IMG/VR virus record: IMGVR_UViG_3300028805_000037
Coordinates: 128,001 to 192,000 of that record
DNA: 64,000 nt
Direction: 5' to 3' (one strand)
Source of the DNA: a virus
Taxonomy: Duplodnaviria; Caudoviricetes
Shown: one piece after another, positions 20,565 to 29,336 of the stretch
How positions within the stretch are numbered: the stretch's first letter is position 1
How the letters are laid out: each line of letters begins with the position of its first letter
The notes under the pieces: generated by a model
Told to the model about the DNA's origin: nothing
The model's database searches: none
Seen by the model: the letters and a program-made list of their open reading frames with translations, nothing else
Position numbers and translations under genes: made by a program

Positions 20565-23500
20565 ATGCTTACAGAACAAAATGGCATACAAGTAGATAAA
20601 TTTTATCCGCCTACGGATTGGCAATATAGTTTTCCTGAAGGGTATACAAGGTTGGAGTACTTGGAAGGTACTGGGACACAATGGCTTAACACAGGAATAA
20701 CAGCAAGTCAAGATTTACGAGTAAGAACAAAGATTTATAGTAAATCTAAAAATAATCAATCTGTTTTTTGTACAAGAAGTTCACAAGGAAGTAATAATTT
20801 TGCATTGTTATTAGTTAATGGCTATTTTAGACCTTGTTATAATACTACTTATTCTAATAGTGATCTGAAATATAATATTAATACTTTATATGATGTAGAT
20901 TTTAATAAAAATAATTTTTATGTTGACGGTGAATTAGTTAAAACTTTTACTTATAATACTTTTTCAAATGATGTTTCTATGAGAATTGCTAATAGTATTA
21001 ATGCTGGTGAAATTTATTATATTGGTAGAATATATCCATATTTGATATATAATAATGATGTGTTAGTTGCTAATTTAATTCCTGTTAAAAGAAATTCAGA
21101 TGGTGAACTAGGAATGTTAGATTTAATACAAGATGTATTTAGAACAAATCGCGGAACAGGAACATTTATAGCAGGACCTGAGCTTTACTTAAATAATTCA
21201 CAAATAGACATAAGGCAAAAGAATAACATAAACTTTGTAGAAAAATATAAGTTCAATGAAAACAATGAATTGATATGGGCTAATCCACAATTAAATTTAA
21301 GTGGACCTGTAAATTATAGTGTGGTAGGCAGTCCTACGATAACGGATAATGTAGTTAGTGAATTTAGCGACAGTAATTATATAGAATTACAACAACCATT
21401 TATTTTAAATGTCAATACTATTTCAGAAATTATAATAAAAATTAATTTTGATAATGAAAGTTCAGGCCAAGTTTTTTTAGGACATCCTAACACTTATGGA
21501 ATACAAATGATTAGAAGTTCCGGTGATAGTAAAATTCATTTATATTTAGGAAATAATAATAGTTGGAGTTTAATAAATAATGCAGTAGGAACAACGGTTT
21601 TATCTTCTTTAACAAACTATTATATTAAAGTAGTTTTTAACAAAGGTAATGTGCAAGTTTTATTGTCAACAGATAAAATAAATTGGACAACTGAAATTAA
21701 CAGAAATATAACTTTGACACAAGAATATAGTTATATTATAGATTTTGGTAAAGGTAGAGCAAGTAACCAATATCTTAAAGGTTCAATAGACCTCAAAGAA
21801 ATCTACATCAAAGTCAACGATGAAATGTGGTTTTACGGTAAAAACTACACAAGTGAAAACTATGCACCAGTACCTGCAGGGTTGAATTGTAAAATAAAAG
21901 GACCAGTAAATTATACAGAAGTTGGAACATTGACAAATAATGATGGAATATATAGTGGATTTAGTGCAAACGATTATTTAACAGCAACCGCATTAGATTG
22001 TAATAAAAATTTTGAACTTAATACAGTATTTACAACTGCTTCTAATTGGACATCAAGTGGAACAATTATAACAAATAATCTTGCTTATAGAGGTGGAGTT
22101 GTTATTGATAGTAAATCAATTAGATTTCAATGTAGGACAACAGTTCCAGAACAATATGCTTTAGCTTTTGACACACAAGCAGTAGCAAGTACAAAATATA
22201 CTGTTAATTGCAAACGAGAAGGAAATACATTAACAATAAGATTATATGTAAATGATGTATTAACTGAAACAAAAACTGATAATTTAACAGGTATTACTTT
22301 TAGTGTTGGTAATAATTTAATGATTGGTTATGGGAATAATGGCCAATTTAATGGTTCCATAGACCTCAACAATACATACATCAAAATAAATAACCAATTA
22401 TTGTTTGGAACAGAATATACAACACCAAGTATAGGCTATGTAAATACACAAACACAAGAATTTATACCTGCACCAACTGATGGAATAAAATATTCACAAA
22501 CTCGTGACCTTAAAGTAATACCACCTGAAGATAATACTATTACTTTGTTGTATGGTGTTGCAAGTGATTTTAGTAAATATTCTTTGTTTGGTTTGTTAGC
22601 AAGTGTATCAAGTGGAAATTACGATGTTTATATTGACGATGTATTATATGCCACAACAACCAAGAATACACAAACAGACATTGATTTTAGTACATTATGT
22701 AGTGAATATGTACCAATAGGAACTTGTACTACACCTGAAGAGTTAGTATTACATAAAATTGTGGTTAAACCTAATACAAATGGAAGCACAATTACACAAT
22801 TTAGATGTGCAAGAACTACTGGTGTTTCTACCAATCAACAACAGGGTGTATTGTGGGGACATTTTGAATTAGATAATAGTATAGCCTTAAATGCAGCATT
22901 TAGTGCAGGTTCTAATCAATATATTCCTATTGTTTTACAAGCAGTTACAGCTAAAAATGATAGTTTAAATGTTGATGTTATAAGTACAAGTTTTCGTGCA
23001 AGTTCATTATACTATTTACCTAAAATTACTAATGCAACTAATTTTAATTCTGCATTTAGAGGAAGTAAATTAAAACACATTAGAATTAGAAATTATAATG
23101 GATTTGGAACTTATACTTATGATAATTGTACATTATTAGAAAAGATAAGTATTAATGAAGTAACAAAAAAGGACATTCGTGAATTTGTTTTTAATAACAA
23201 TTATAATTTAAAATTATTACCATTTTTAAGTTCAACAAGAGATAATTTAATACAAGCTATTACATGTGCTCAAAAACTATATCCTACAAAAATAGACATA
23301 ACAGATAATACCACAACAAAATTAGGAATGTATGGCACTTCCACCTACCCAATGCGAGGTCTTCGTGGTTTGAAAGTAAGTAACGAAGCACCATTTACAG
23401 AAACAAGTCCACAAATTAATGTAAGTTACACAGGACTTGACAGAGATGCATTGGTAGAGTTGTTTAACAGTATGCCTTACAATGTTGGGTATACAGTTCA

Positions 23501-24662
23501 AGGAACATTAACTGAAAGTCCAAGTGGAGTGTTTAGTGGATTTAGTGAAAATGATTATTTAGAAATAACTAATAATTTAAATTTTAATTCTGAAAATCTC
23601 GAAATTGTAATTAAAATTCATACACCACCAACATTAGATGCTAATAGAGCAATATTTGGTATACCAGACCCATCATATTGGTATGCAATTGTTTTACAAG
23701 AAAATTATAGACCTACAACAGTGTTAAGAGATAGTAATAATAATATCTTTTATGTTGGAACAGGAGTAGCATTACCTACAGATACTGATTGTTTAATTAA
23801 GTTTACTAAAAATGGTAATAATTTACGATTAAGTCAATCGACGAATAATGGTGATAGCTGGACTAATGGTAGTATTATACAAAAGGAATTAAAAACAATA
23901 AATAATAAAGTATATATTGGAAGAGGTGGATATTATGCGAATCCTTTTACAGGCTCCATCGACCTGAATAACACCTACATCAAAATCAAAGAGAACAACG
24001 AATGGATACCATGGTTTACAGGCAAGGCAGCAACAACCAAAGCAATAAACATAACAGCAGCAACTGGGAATAACTTAACCAATGTTGGAACACCAAAGAT
24101 TGATGAAAATGGTGTTGCGAGTGGGTTTTCAAGTAGTGATTATGTGAAAATAAATAGTTTTACACCAAGTTTAAATACTAATACTAGATTTAAAGTTTAT
24201 ACTAAATTTAGTATTACAAATACTATTTCTAGTACTTGTAATATTTGTGGAATTAGTTCTTGGTATACTTTTGGTATTATAATAGGTGATAATAAAAAAA
24301 TTCGTGGAGTAAGTAATATTAATAATCAATATTATTATTGCAATTCAGATATTATAGTACAACTAAATGCCACATATTATTGTATTTTTGAAATAGATGT
24401 TACTAAGGGAATACAAATATTAGGTGTATCTACAGATAATATTAATTTTTCATATTTTGATACAGAAATAACTAAACAAAATTATATTAGCAATGTTCTT
24501 ATTAATTATCAATTTGGTTATGGAAGTTATGGTGTATTTAATGGCACAATCGATCTTGAAAACACATATATCAAAGTAGGTCAAAACTACTTGATGAAGG
24601 GCTATCTTACCGATAACGACAAGGCGATATTAACTAAGAAGAATTGGACAATTATAGAGTAA
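20565..24662 (+). CDS. modular receptor-binding tail fibre (four lectin/LamG-like modules plus LRR-like segment)
   Basis: Four modules ending G(S/T)IDLxx(T/I)YIK; N-terminal YTRLEYLEGTGTQW domain. Confidence 0.75.
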   Translation: MLTEQNGIQVDKFYPPTDWQYSFPEGYTRLEYLEGTGTQWLNTGITASQDLRVRTKIYSKSKNNQSVFCTRSSQGSNNFALLLVNGYFRPCYNTTYSNSDLKYNINTLYDVDFNKNNFYVDGELVKTFTYNTFSNDVSMRIANSINAGEIYYIGRIYPYLIYNNDVLVANLIPVKRNSDGELGMLDLIQDVFRTNRGTGTFIAGPELYLNNSQIDIRQKNNINFVEKYKFNENNELIWANPQLNLSGPVNYSVVGSPTITDNVVSEFSDSNYIELQQPFILNVNTISEIIIKINFDNESSGQVFLGHPNTYGIQMIRSSGDSKIHLYLGNNNSWSLINNAVGTTVLSSLTNYYIKVVFNKGNVQVLLSTDKINWTTEINRNITLTQEYSYIIDFGKGRASNQYLKGSIDLKEIYIKVNDEMWFYGKNYTSENYAPVPAGLNCKIKGPVNYTEVGTLTNNDGIYSGFSANDYLTATALDCNKNFELNTVFTTASNWTSSGTIITNNLAYRGGVVIDSKSIRFQCRTTVPEQYALAFDTQAVASTKYTVNCKREGNTLTIRLYVNDVLTETKTDNLTGITFSVGNNLMIGYGNNGQFNGSIDLNNTYIKINNQLLFGTEYTTPSIGYVNTQTQEFIPAPTDGIKYSQTRDLKVIPPEDNTITLLYGVASDFSKYSLFGLLASVSSGNYDVYIDDVLYATTTKNTQTDIDFSTLCSEYVPIGTCTTPEELVLHKIVVKPNTNGSTITQFRCARTTGVSTNQQQGVLWGHFELDNSIALNAAFSAGSNQYIPIVLQAVTAKNDSLNVDVISTSFRASSLYYLPKITNATNFNSAFRGSKLKHIRIRNYNGFGTYTYDNCTLLEKISINEVTKKDIREFVFNNNYNLKLLPFLSSTRDNLIQAITCAQKLYPTKIDITDNTTTKLGMYGTSTYPMRGLRGLKVSNEAPFTETSPQINVSYTGLDRDALVELFNSMPYNVGYTVQGTLTESPSGVFSGFSENDYLEITNNLNFNSENLEIVIKIHTPPTLDANRAIFGIPDPSYWYAIVLQENYRPTTVLRDSNNNIFYVGTGVALPTDTDCLIKFTKNGNNLRLSQSTNNGDSWTNGSIIQKELKTINNKVYIGRGGYYANPFTGSIDLNNTYIKIKENNEWIPWFTGKAATTKAINITAATGNNLTNVGTPKIDENGVASGFSSSDYVKINSFTPSLNTNTRFKVYTKFSITNTISSTCNICGISSWYTFGIIIGDNKKIRGVSNINNQYYYCNSDIIVQLNATYYCIFEIDVTKGIQILGVSTDNINFSYFDTEITKQNYISNVLINYQFGYGSYGVFNGTIDLENTYIKVGQNYLMKGYLTDNDKAILTKKNWTIIE

Positions 24663-24675
24663 AAGGAGATAAAAA

Positions 24676-24885
24676 ATGAAACAAACATTAGGGATGTGGT
24701 TATTTAAAGCATTAGAAATAGTTTTTGTAGCACTTTTAGGATATGTAATATATTTACTTATTACAACAATATTTGCACATTTCTGGACTATTTGTGGACT
24801 TTCAGTGATATTCTATTTCTTTAGTCCAATAATAAAACCTTATATTGATGAATTACGTGATTGGGTATTTGAGAAGATAGCATAG
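24676..24885 (+). CDS. small two-TM membrane protein (holin/antiholin candidate)
   Basis: Hydrophobic 69 aa, AAGGAG SD, next to lysis genes. Confidence 0.6.
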   Translation: MKQTLGMWLFKALEIVFVALLGYVIYLLITTIFAHFWTICGLSVIFYFFSPIIKPYIDELRDWVFEKIA

Positions 24886-24945
24886 AATATGAGTGCAATA
24901 GTAATTTTATACTTATTTTATTTGTTATTAATTTTATTTACAATA

Positions 24946-25016
24946 AGCGGGATAGTGTAAAGGTAACATTTTGGGTTCATATCCCAAAGCTGAGAGTTCA
25001 ATTCTCTCTCCCGCAA
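24946..25016 (+). tRNA. tRNA-Met(CAT), initiator-like, CCA not encoded
   Basis: Acceptor GCGGGA/TCCCGC with 1:72 mismatch; anticodon arm TTGGG-TTCATAT-CCCAA; T-arm GAGAG-TTCAATT-CTCTC. Confidence 0.93.
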
Positions 25017-25027
25017 ATTAAAAAATT

Positions 25028-25339
25028 ATGAAAAAGATAATTAATTATATTAAACACATGTTACAAGATAGAGGTGGAACACCAAATACAAAGCTCCACT
25101 TTGGTAGTTTATTTGCAATTACAATGATAGTTGGTTTATTTGTAAATGTAGATGCTGCTTTATATCAAACATTTGCATTTACAACATTAGCATTATTTGG
25201 TATTTCAGCTGTAGATAATATTAGTGCACCTAAAATAGAAATAACTAAAACGGAAAATATAAATAAGAATACTGAAACCACTACAACAACTGATGTAACA
25301 AATATTGTAAATAATATAGTAGACAAGGTAAAGAAATGA
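25028..25339 (+). CDS. putative holin
   Basis: Two TM segments, hydrophilic tail, upstream of the endolysin. Confidence 0.65.
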   Translation: MKKIINYIKHMLQDRGGTPNTKLHFGSLFAITMIVGLFVNVDAALYQTFAFTTLALFGISAVDNISAPKIEITKTENINKNTETTTTTDVTNIVNNIVDKVKK

Positions 25340-25539
25340 TAGAATATATTTGGCAAGTTATAATTAACAATGAAATTAAATATTATTTTACAAGTGAAAT
25401 TAAAGCACTAAATAGAATAAATAAATTAGGTAAAATTTTAAAACATCATATAAGTAAAGATAAACATAAAATAATTGTTCAAGATGATTTAGGCTTTAAA
25501 ATAAATATAATTGTAAATAAATTAGAAGTTGATTTGTAA
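25336..25539 (+). CDS. hypothetical protein
   Basis: 67 aa, ATGA coupling. Confidence 0.6.
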   Translation: MIEYIWQVIINNEIKYYFTSEIKALNRINKLGKILKHHISKDKHKIIVQDDLGFKINIIVNKLEVDL

Positions 25540-25551
25540 AGGAAAATAAAA

Positions 25552-25971
25552 ATGTATAAATGTAAATATTTTACAATTAAAGAATTAGTACATCCTAATA
25601 ATCTTAAAATAAATGAAGATATATTATGGTTATTACTTGATGATAGAATATTAAGATATGCTGATAAAATAAGAGAAAAATATGGTCCTTGTTACATTAA
25701 TACATCACAATTAAAAGATTGTGGATTAAGAGATATTAATTCAACAACAGGTGCAAAGTATAGTCAACACAAATTTGGTCGTGCTTTAGATTTACATATA
25801 ATGGCAATAGAAAAACAGAAATTAACACATGAACAAAAAACAAAAGAATATAATAGAATAAGGCAAGATTTAATGAAAAATAAAGAGTTTGATTGTTTGA
25901 ATTTTGAAAATAATATATATTGGTTACACATTGATGTAGGTAATCGTAAAAATAGGTTATTTAATCCATAA
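25552..25971 (+). CDS. endolysin, peptidase M15 family
   Basis: R...SQHKFGRALD...WLHID zinc motifs. Confidence 0.88.
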   Translation: MYKCKYFTIKELVHPNNLKINEDILWLLLDDRILRYADKIREKYGPCYINTSQLKDCGLRDINSTTGAKYSQHKFGRALDLHIMAIEKQKLTHEQKTKEYNRIRQDLMKNKEFDCLNFENNIYWLHIDVGNRKNRLFNP

Positions 25972-25985
25972 ATTGAGGTAAAGTA

Positions 25986-26204
25986 ATGGTAAATATAATT
26001 TTATACATTTTATTAGTAACAGTATTAGTGGTATTCATAGTAATTATTATTGATACTTTTTCTTATTTGTATAATGAAATTCAATATGCAAATGATGTAA
26101 TTACATTTAATGAATACATAGAAAATTGGATGTATTGGGAAAAACATACATTTTTAGGTAAACTTACAGAATTGATAAATGATATATATTTTTATTTTAA
26201 ATAA
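25986..26204 (+). CDS. single-TM membrane protein
   Basis: N-terminal hydrophobic helix; GAGGT SD. Confidence 0.6.
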   Translation: MVNIILYILLVTVLVVFIVIIIDTFSYLYNEIQYANDVITFNEYIENWMYWEKHTFLGKLTELINDIYFYFK

Positions 26205-26214
26205 GGAGTAAAAT

Positions 26215-26511
26215 GTGAATGAAATATTTAAAAGTTTTGTTATTACAATTATTGTTATTGTTTGTTGGAGTTTGCTTTGTTTCGGCGGAGGTTACGTATT
26301 TTGTGACAGAAACGCAACTAAACAAATTGACAGAGCAAATCAACAACTTGAACAGCAACAACAACGAATTGATGAGCTTATTAGAACTTCAGATCAACGA
26401 ATACGAAACATTAAAGAAGAATTACGAGCAAAAGTTCAAGATAATGGAACAACAGTCAATGAATTATCAAAACTTGTTGAGCAGATCCGAAAACAAAAGC
26501 TCACTATATAA
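26215..26511 (+). CDS. i-spanin-like protein (N-terminal TM plus coiled coil)
   Basis: Type II membrane topology downstream of the endolysin. Confidence 0.6.
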   Translation: MNEIFKSFVITIIVIVCWSLLCFGGGYVFCDRNATKQIDRANQQLEQQQQRIDELIRTSDQRIRNIKEELRAKVQDNGTTVNELSKLVEQIRKQKLTI

Positions 26512-26572
26512 GTATGGTATAGGTTTAGCATTTGCCGTAGGGTTAGTGTTAGGTGTAATATTAGTTAAATAG
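26219..26572 (+). CDS. overlapping spanin-like protein (signal peptide, coiled coil, C-terminal TM)
   Basis: +1 frame relative to 26215; MKYLKVLLLQLLLLFVGVCFVSA signal; C-terminal GIGLAFAVGLVLGVILVK. Confidence 0.6.
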   Translation: MKYLKVLLLQLLLLFVGVCFVSAEVTYFVTETQLNKLTEQINNLNSNNNELMSLLELQINEYETLKKNYEQKFKIMEQQSMNYQNLLSRSENKSSLYKYGIGLAFAVGLVLGVILVK

Positions 26573-26574
26573 AA

Positions 26575-26588
26575 ATTTAAATTTAAAA
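26575..26588 (+). promoter_or_regulatory. putative late promoter ATTTAAATTTAAAA
   Basis: Exact copies also at 29300, 32917, 37516, 39739, 41786, 43066, 50246, 62711 (+) and 37460-37473 (-), each upstream of a gene. Confidence 0.7.
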
Positions 26589-26606
26589 ATAAAAAGGTGT
26601 ATAATT

Positions 26607-27347
26607 ATGCCAACACAAATAACAAATAAACAAGTAAAAATAATAAATACAGTAAATTTTAATAATCAAGCTATAGAAAATGCATTAATTAATGCCACAG
26701 ATAATACAATTACAGGTTTGGTTACATATCAAGCATTTCCAAATTCTTGGCCAACAAATACAACATTTACTGCATTAATTGAAGCAATAAAAAATGATAC
26801 AACAGCAGTAAAAGGCATGGCATATTCAGGTGAACTTACTTGTTCTGGTTTACCAACAGGTTTGATAAATGTAGAAGCAGTTATAGAAATAATGAATGGA
26901 ACTACTGCACAAAATAAAGTAATACATACAATACTTACAAGTAGTAATTTGGAACCGTATAAGTGGGAATACACTTATTGGAGTGGTAATCAACAAGTAG
27001 ATTGGATAGGATTTGATTATAATAGAGAAATTAAAACTTTAAATACAACAACACCTACTACGAATATTTATTTAGATGCGAATAATACATATACATTGAA
27101 TTGTAGTGAATTAGTAGCAGGTTTAAATATATCATTATTGGAACCAAATAATGAAAATATAAATAATTCAATTTTATTACATAGTTATATTGGAACAACA
27201 AATATACAAATTTCATGGGGAACAGATAAGTTTTTTAATAATGAAACACCTACAATAGATAGTATAGGATATTATGACATTATTTACGTATGGAATAATT
27301 TATTAAATAAATATGTATGTAATGTAACATTCATAAGTGTAAATTAA
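26607..27347 (+). CDS. structural protein with C-terminal fibre-adaptor-like domain
   Basis: C-terminus resembles those of 18208 and 52904. Confidence 0.55.
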   Translation: MPTQITNKQVKIINTVNFNNQAIENALINATDNTITGLVTYQAFPNSWPTNTTFTALIEAIKNDTTAVKGMAYSGELTCSGLPTGLINVEAVIEIMNGTTAQNKVIHTILTSSNLEPYKWEYTYWSGNQQVDWIGFDYNREIKTLNTTTPTTNIYLDANNTYTLNCSELVAGLNISLLEPNNENINNSILLHSYIGTTNIQISWGTDKFFNNETPTIDSIGYYDIIYVWNNLLNKYVCNVTFISVN

Positions 27348-27349
27348 TA

Positions 27350-28219
27350 ATGAATATATTTAATTTATATAAAAATTATATAATACAAAATAAACAAATT
27401 ACGCCTCCAGAACCTACAGAATGGAAAGGTTTATGTTTTACAGCATTAGATAACCCTGTTAATATATCATATACTGTGACTGGTACTATAAGTGATATAG
27501 TCATATCGTATTCTTATGATGCAGAAACTTGGAGTACTTTAGCACCAAATACTGAAATAACTTTAAACACAAATGCAAAAGTTTATATTAAAGGATATAA
27601 TAGCATTCACGCTTATCGTGATAATAGCAATTATATGAGATTTAATTTTACAACTGATGAAAATAACAAAGGTTATGTAAAAGCCAGTGGAAATATTAAT
27701 TCTTTATATGATAATAATGACGGTTCAGGAATAACATCAATACCTACTCAATATGCCTATTATACATTATTTCAATCATGTTCATTATTAGTTGATGCTT
27801 CAGAATTATTATTACCATCAACTTCATTATCAAATTATTGCTATTCTTCAATGTTCTCATATGATACTAACTTAAGAGCAGCTCCATCAGTTCTACCAGC
27901 GACTAGTAGTACACTATGCTGCTATCAGAATATGTTCTCTTATTGCTCTAATTTAGAACAGTCACCTGAAATAATGTTGACAAATATTAGTTCTACTAAT
28001 CAATGTTGTATAAATATGTTTAGCAGTTGTCGTAAATTGAATAGTATTAAAATACATTATACTGGAATATTCCAACCTGAAGATTCTTTACCGTATTTGC
28101 CACCATTTAATTATTGGGTAAATCATGTAGCAAGTTCAGGAACATTCTATTATAATGGAAATGATACTACGAGAGGCATAAGTGCAATACCTAGTGGATG
28201 GACCGTTAATAATTTTTAA
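27350..28219 (+). CDS. BspA/LRR-like surface or receptor-binding protein
   Basis: LPxT...CYxxMFxYCxNL repeats; C-terminal IPSGWTV. Confidence 0.7.
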   Translation: MNIFNLYKNYIIQNKQITPPEPTEWKGLCFTALDNPVNISYTVTGTISDIVISYSYDAETWSTLAPNTEITLNTNAKVYIKGYNSIHAYRDNSNYMRFNFTTDENNKGYVKASGNINSLYDNNDGSGITSIPTQYAYYTLFQSCSLLVDASELLLPSTSLSNYCYSSMFSYDTNLRAAPSVLPATSSTLCCYQNMFSYCSNLEQSPEIMLTNISSTNQCCINMFSSCRKLNSIKIHYTGIFQPEDSLPYLPPFNYWVNHVASSGTFYYNGNDTTRGISAIPSGWTVNNF

Positions 28220-28258
28220 AATACTTTTTATCTTTTTATCATGTAAAATTTAGAAAGT

Positions 28259-28298
28259 TTTAAAAATAGAGAATAGATATCTATTCTCTATTTTTAAA
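28259..28298. repeat. perfect 40-bp palindrome at convergent gene ends (bidirectional terminator candidate)
   Basis: TTTAAAAATAGAGAATAGAT|ATCTATTCTCTATTTTTAAA. Confidence 0.85.
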
Positions 28299-28538
28299 TG
28301 TATATATAATTTGTTTAAGATAAATTTTACCAGATTTTGTTATATTCCAAAATTTATAACGAGTTATTGAATCTAAAAGTTGTCCGAATACATAACCTTT
28401 ATTCTGTAATCTTCTTAAAACTCTGTCTGGATTTCCAACATACCAATTTATTCCTCTACGAATAACTTCATAGGTTGGTAAATCTTTAGAATTTGCTACA
28501 ATTTGTAAAATTTTTACTTCTTGATTTAATTTCTTCAT
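28281..28538 (-). CDS. winged-helix DNA-binding protein
   Basis: ILQIV...VLRRLQNKGYV...WNITKSGKIYL (PadR/MarR-like pattern). Confidence 0.65.
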   Translation of the reverse strand: MKKLNQEVKILQIVANSKDLPTYEVIRRGINWYVGNPDRVLRRLQNKGYVFGQLLDSITRYKFWNITKSGKIYLKQIIYTFKNRE

Positions 28539-29052
28539 TTCTTCTTCTCCTTTATTTATAGTTTTGTTTATTAATTAAATATTGTTGTGCCAAACTTCTT
28601 ATAACATCAGGATCTATTTCATTTTTTGATAATTTTCTAGCCATTTCATTACAAAATTGACGATAATTATAATATGTTATATTGTCATTTATAGTATTTC
28701 TAATTTCTCCATAATTAAACATTTTTGCGTATCTATTTAATTTATTTATAAATTGACTTTCTAATTCTAAACCAGCAAAATAATATTGTAAAATTAAATT
28801 TTCAGGAATAAGAGTAGTATTTTTATTTATTTTCATAGGAATATCTTGGATCCATTCACAAAAACTAAACATTTCATCAGTCCAATGTTTAAAACGTTGT
28901 TTTCCTTTTGTTAATATAATTTTAATTGCATGATCCATAAATCTTTGTGAACGATTATCTGAAAGTTCTCTAATTACATCTTTTCTACTAAAAGCAAAAG
29001 CTTTTATTTTAAACCATTTCTTCATTTCTTCTTCTCCTTATTTATAGTTTGT
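28529..29052. repeat. ~38-bp direct repeats (28529-28567, 29016-29052) flanking one gene
   Basis: ATTTCTTCATTTCTTCTTCTCCTT(T)ATTTATAGTTT(T)GT twice. Confidence 0.9.
28552..29025 (-). CDS. DUF29-like helical protein
   Basis: HAIKI...HWTDEM pattern. Confidence 0.5.
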   Translation of the reverse strand: MKKWFKIKAFAFSRKDVIRELSDNRSQRFMDHAIKIILTKGKQRFKHWTDEMFSFCEWIQDIPMKINKNTTLIPENLILQYYFAGLELESQFINKLNRYAKMFNYGEIRNTINDNITYYNYRQFCNEMARKLSKNEIDPDVIRSLAQQYLINKQNYK

Positions 29053-29208
29053 AGTAAAATTATTTTCTTGTAAATATCTAAATTTCGTACATTTACCATT
29101 TAACCAATCAACATTTTTAAATTTCTGTTTTGAACAAGTATATTCAATTCCAGATTTCTTTTCATAAAATACACCATATTTACAATCTTGACATTTTCTT
29201 AAAAACAT
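29038..29208 (-). CDS. 56-aa Cys-rich protein (below ORF-track cutoff)
   Basis: MFLRKCQDCKYG...C...C...NYK; AGGA SD; TTTACA-17-TATAAT at 29239-29267. Confidence 0.7.
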   Translation of the reverse strand: MFLRKCQDCKYGVFYEKKSGIEYTCSKQKFKNVDWLNGKCTKFRYLQENNFTTNYK

Positions 29209-29336
29209 TTTACTTTTCCTTTTATTTTTGTTATAATAATTATATAAAATTTTTTAGTGAATGTAAATACCTTTTAAAAATTTAAATATTCATTACAAAA
29301 TTTAAATTTAAAATATGAGTTTTAAGGAGTGTAAAT

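Noticed and set aside
26571-26584. 14-nt match AGAAATTTAAATTT to the end of omega-RNA 1
   Set aside because: It includes scaffold nucleotides and is explained by the shared late motif in AT-rich DNA.
20565-28219. Diversity-generating retroelement or shufflon acting on fibre genes
   Set aside because: No reverse transcriptase, no adenine-specific TR/VR pair and no inverted crossover sites found; the only serine recombinase is IS607 TnpA.
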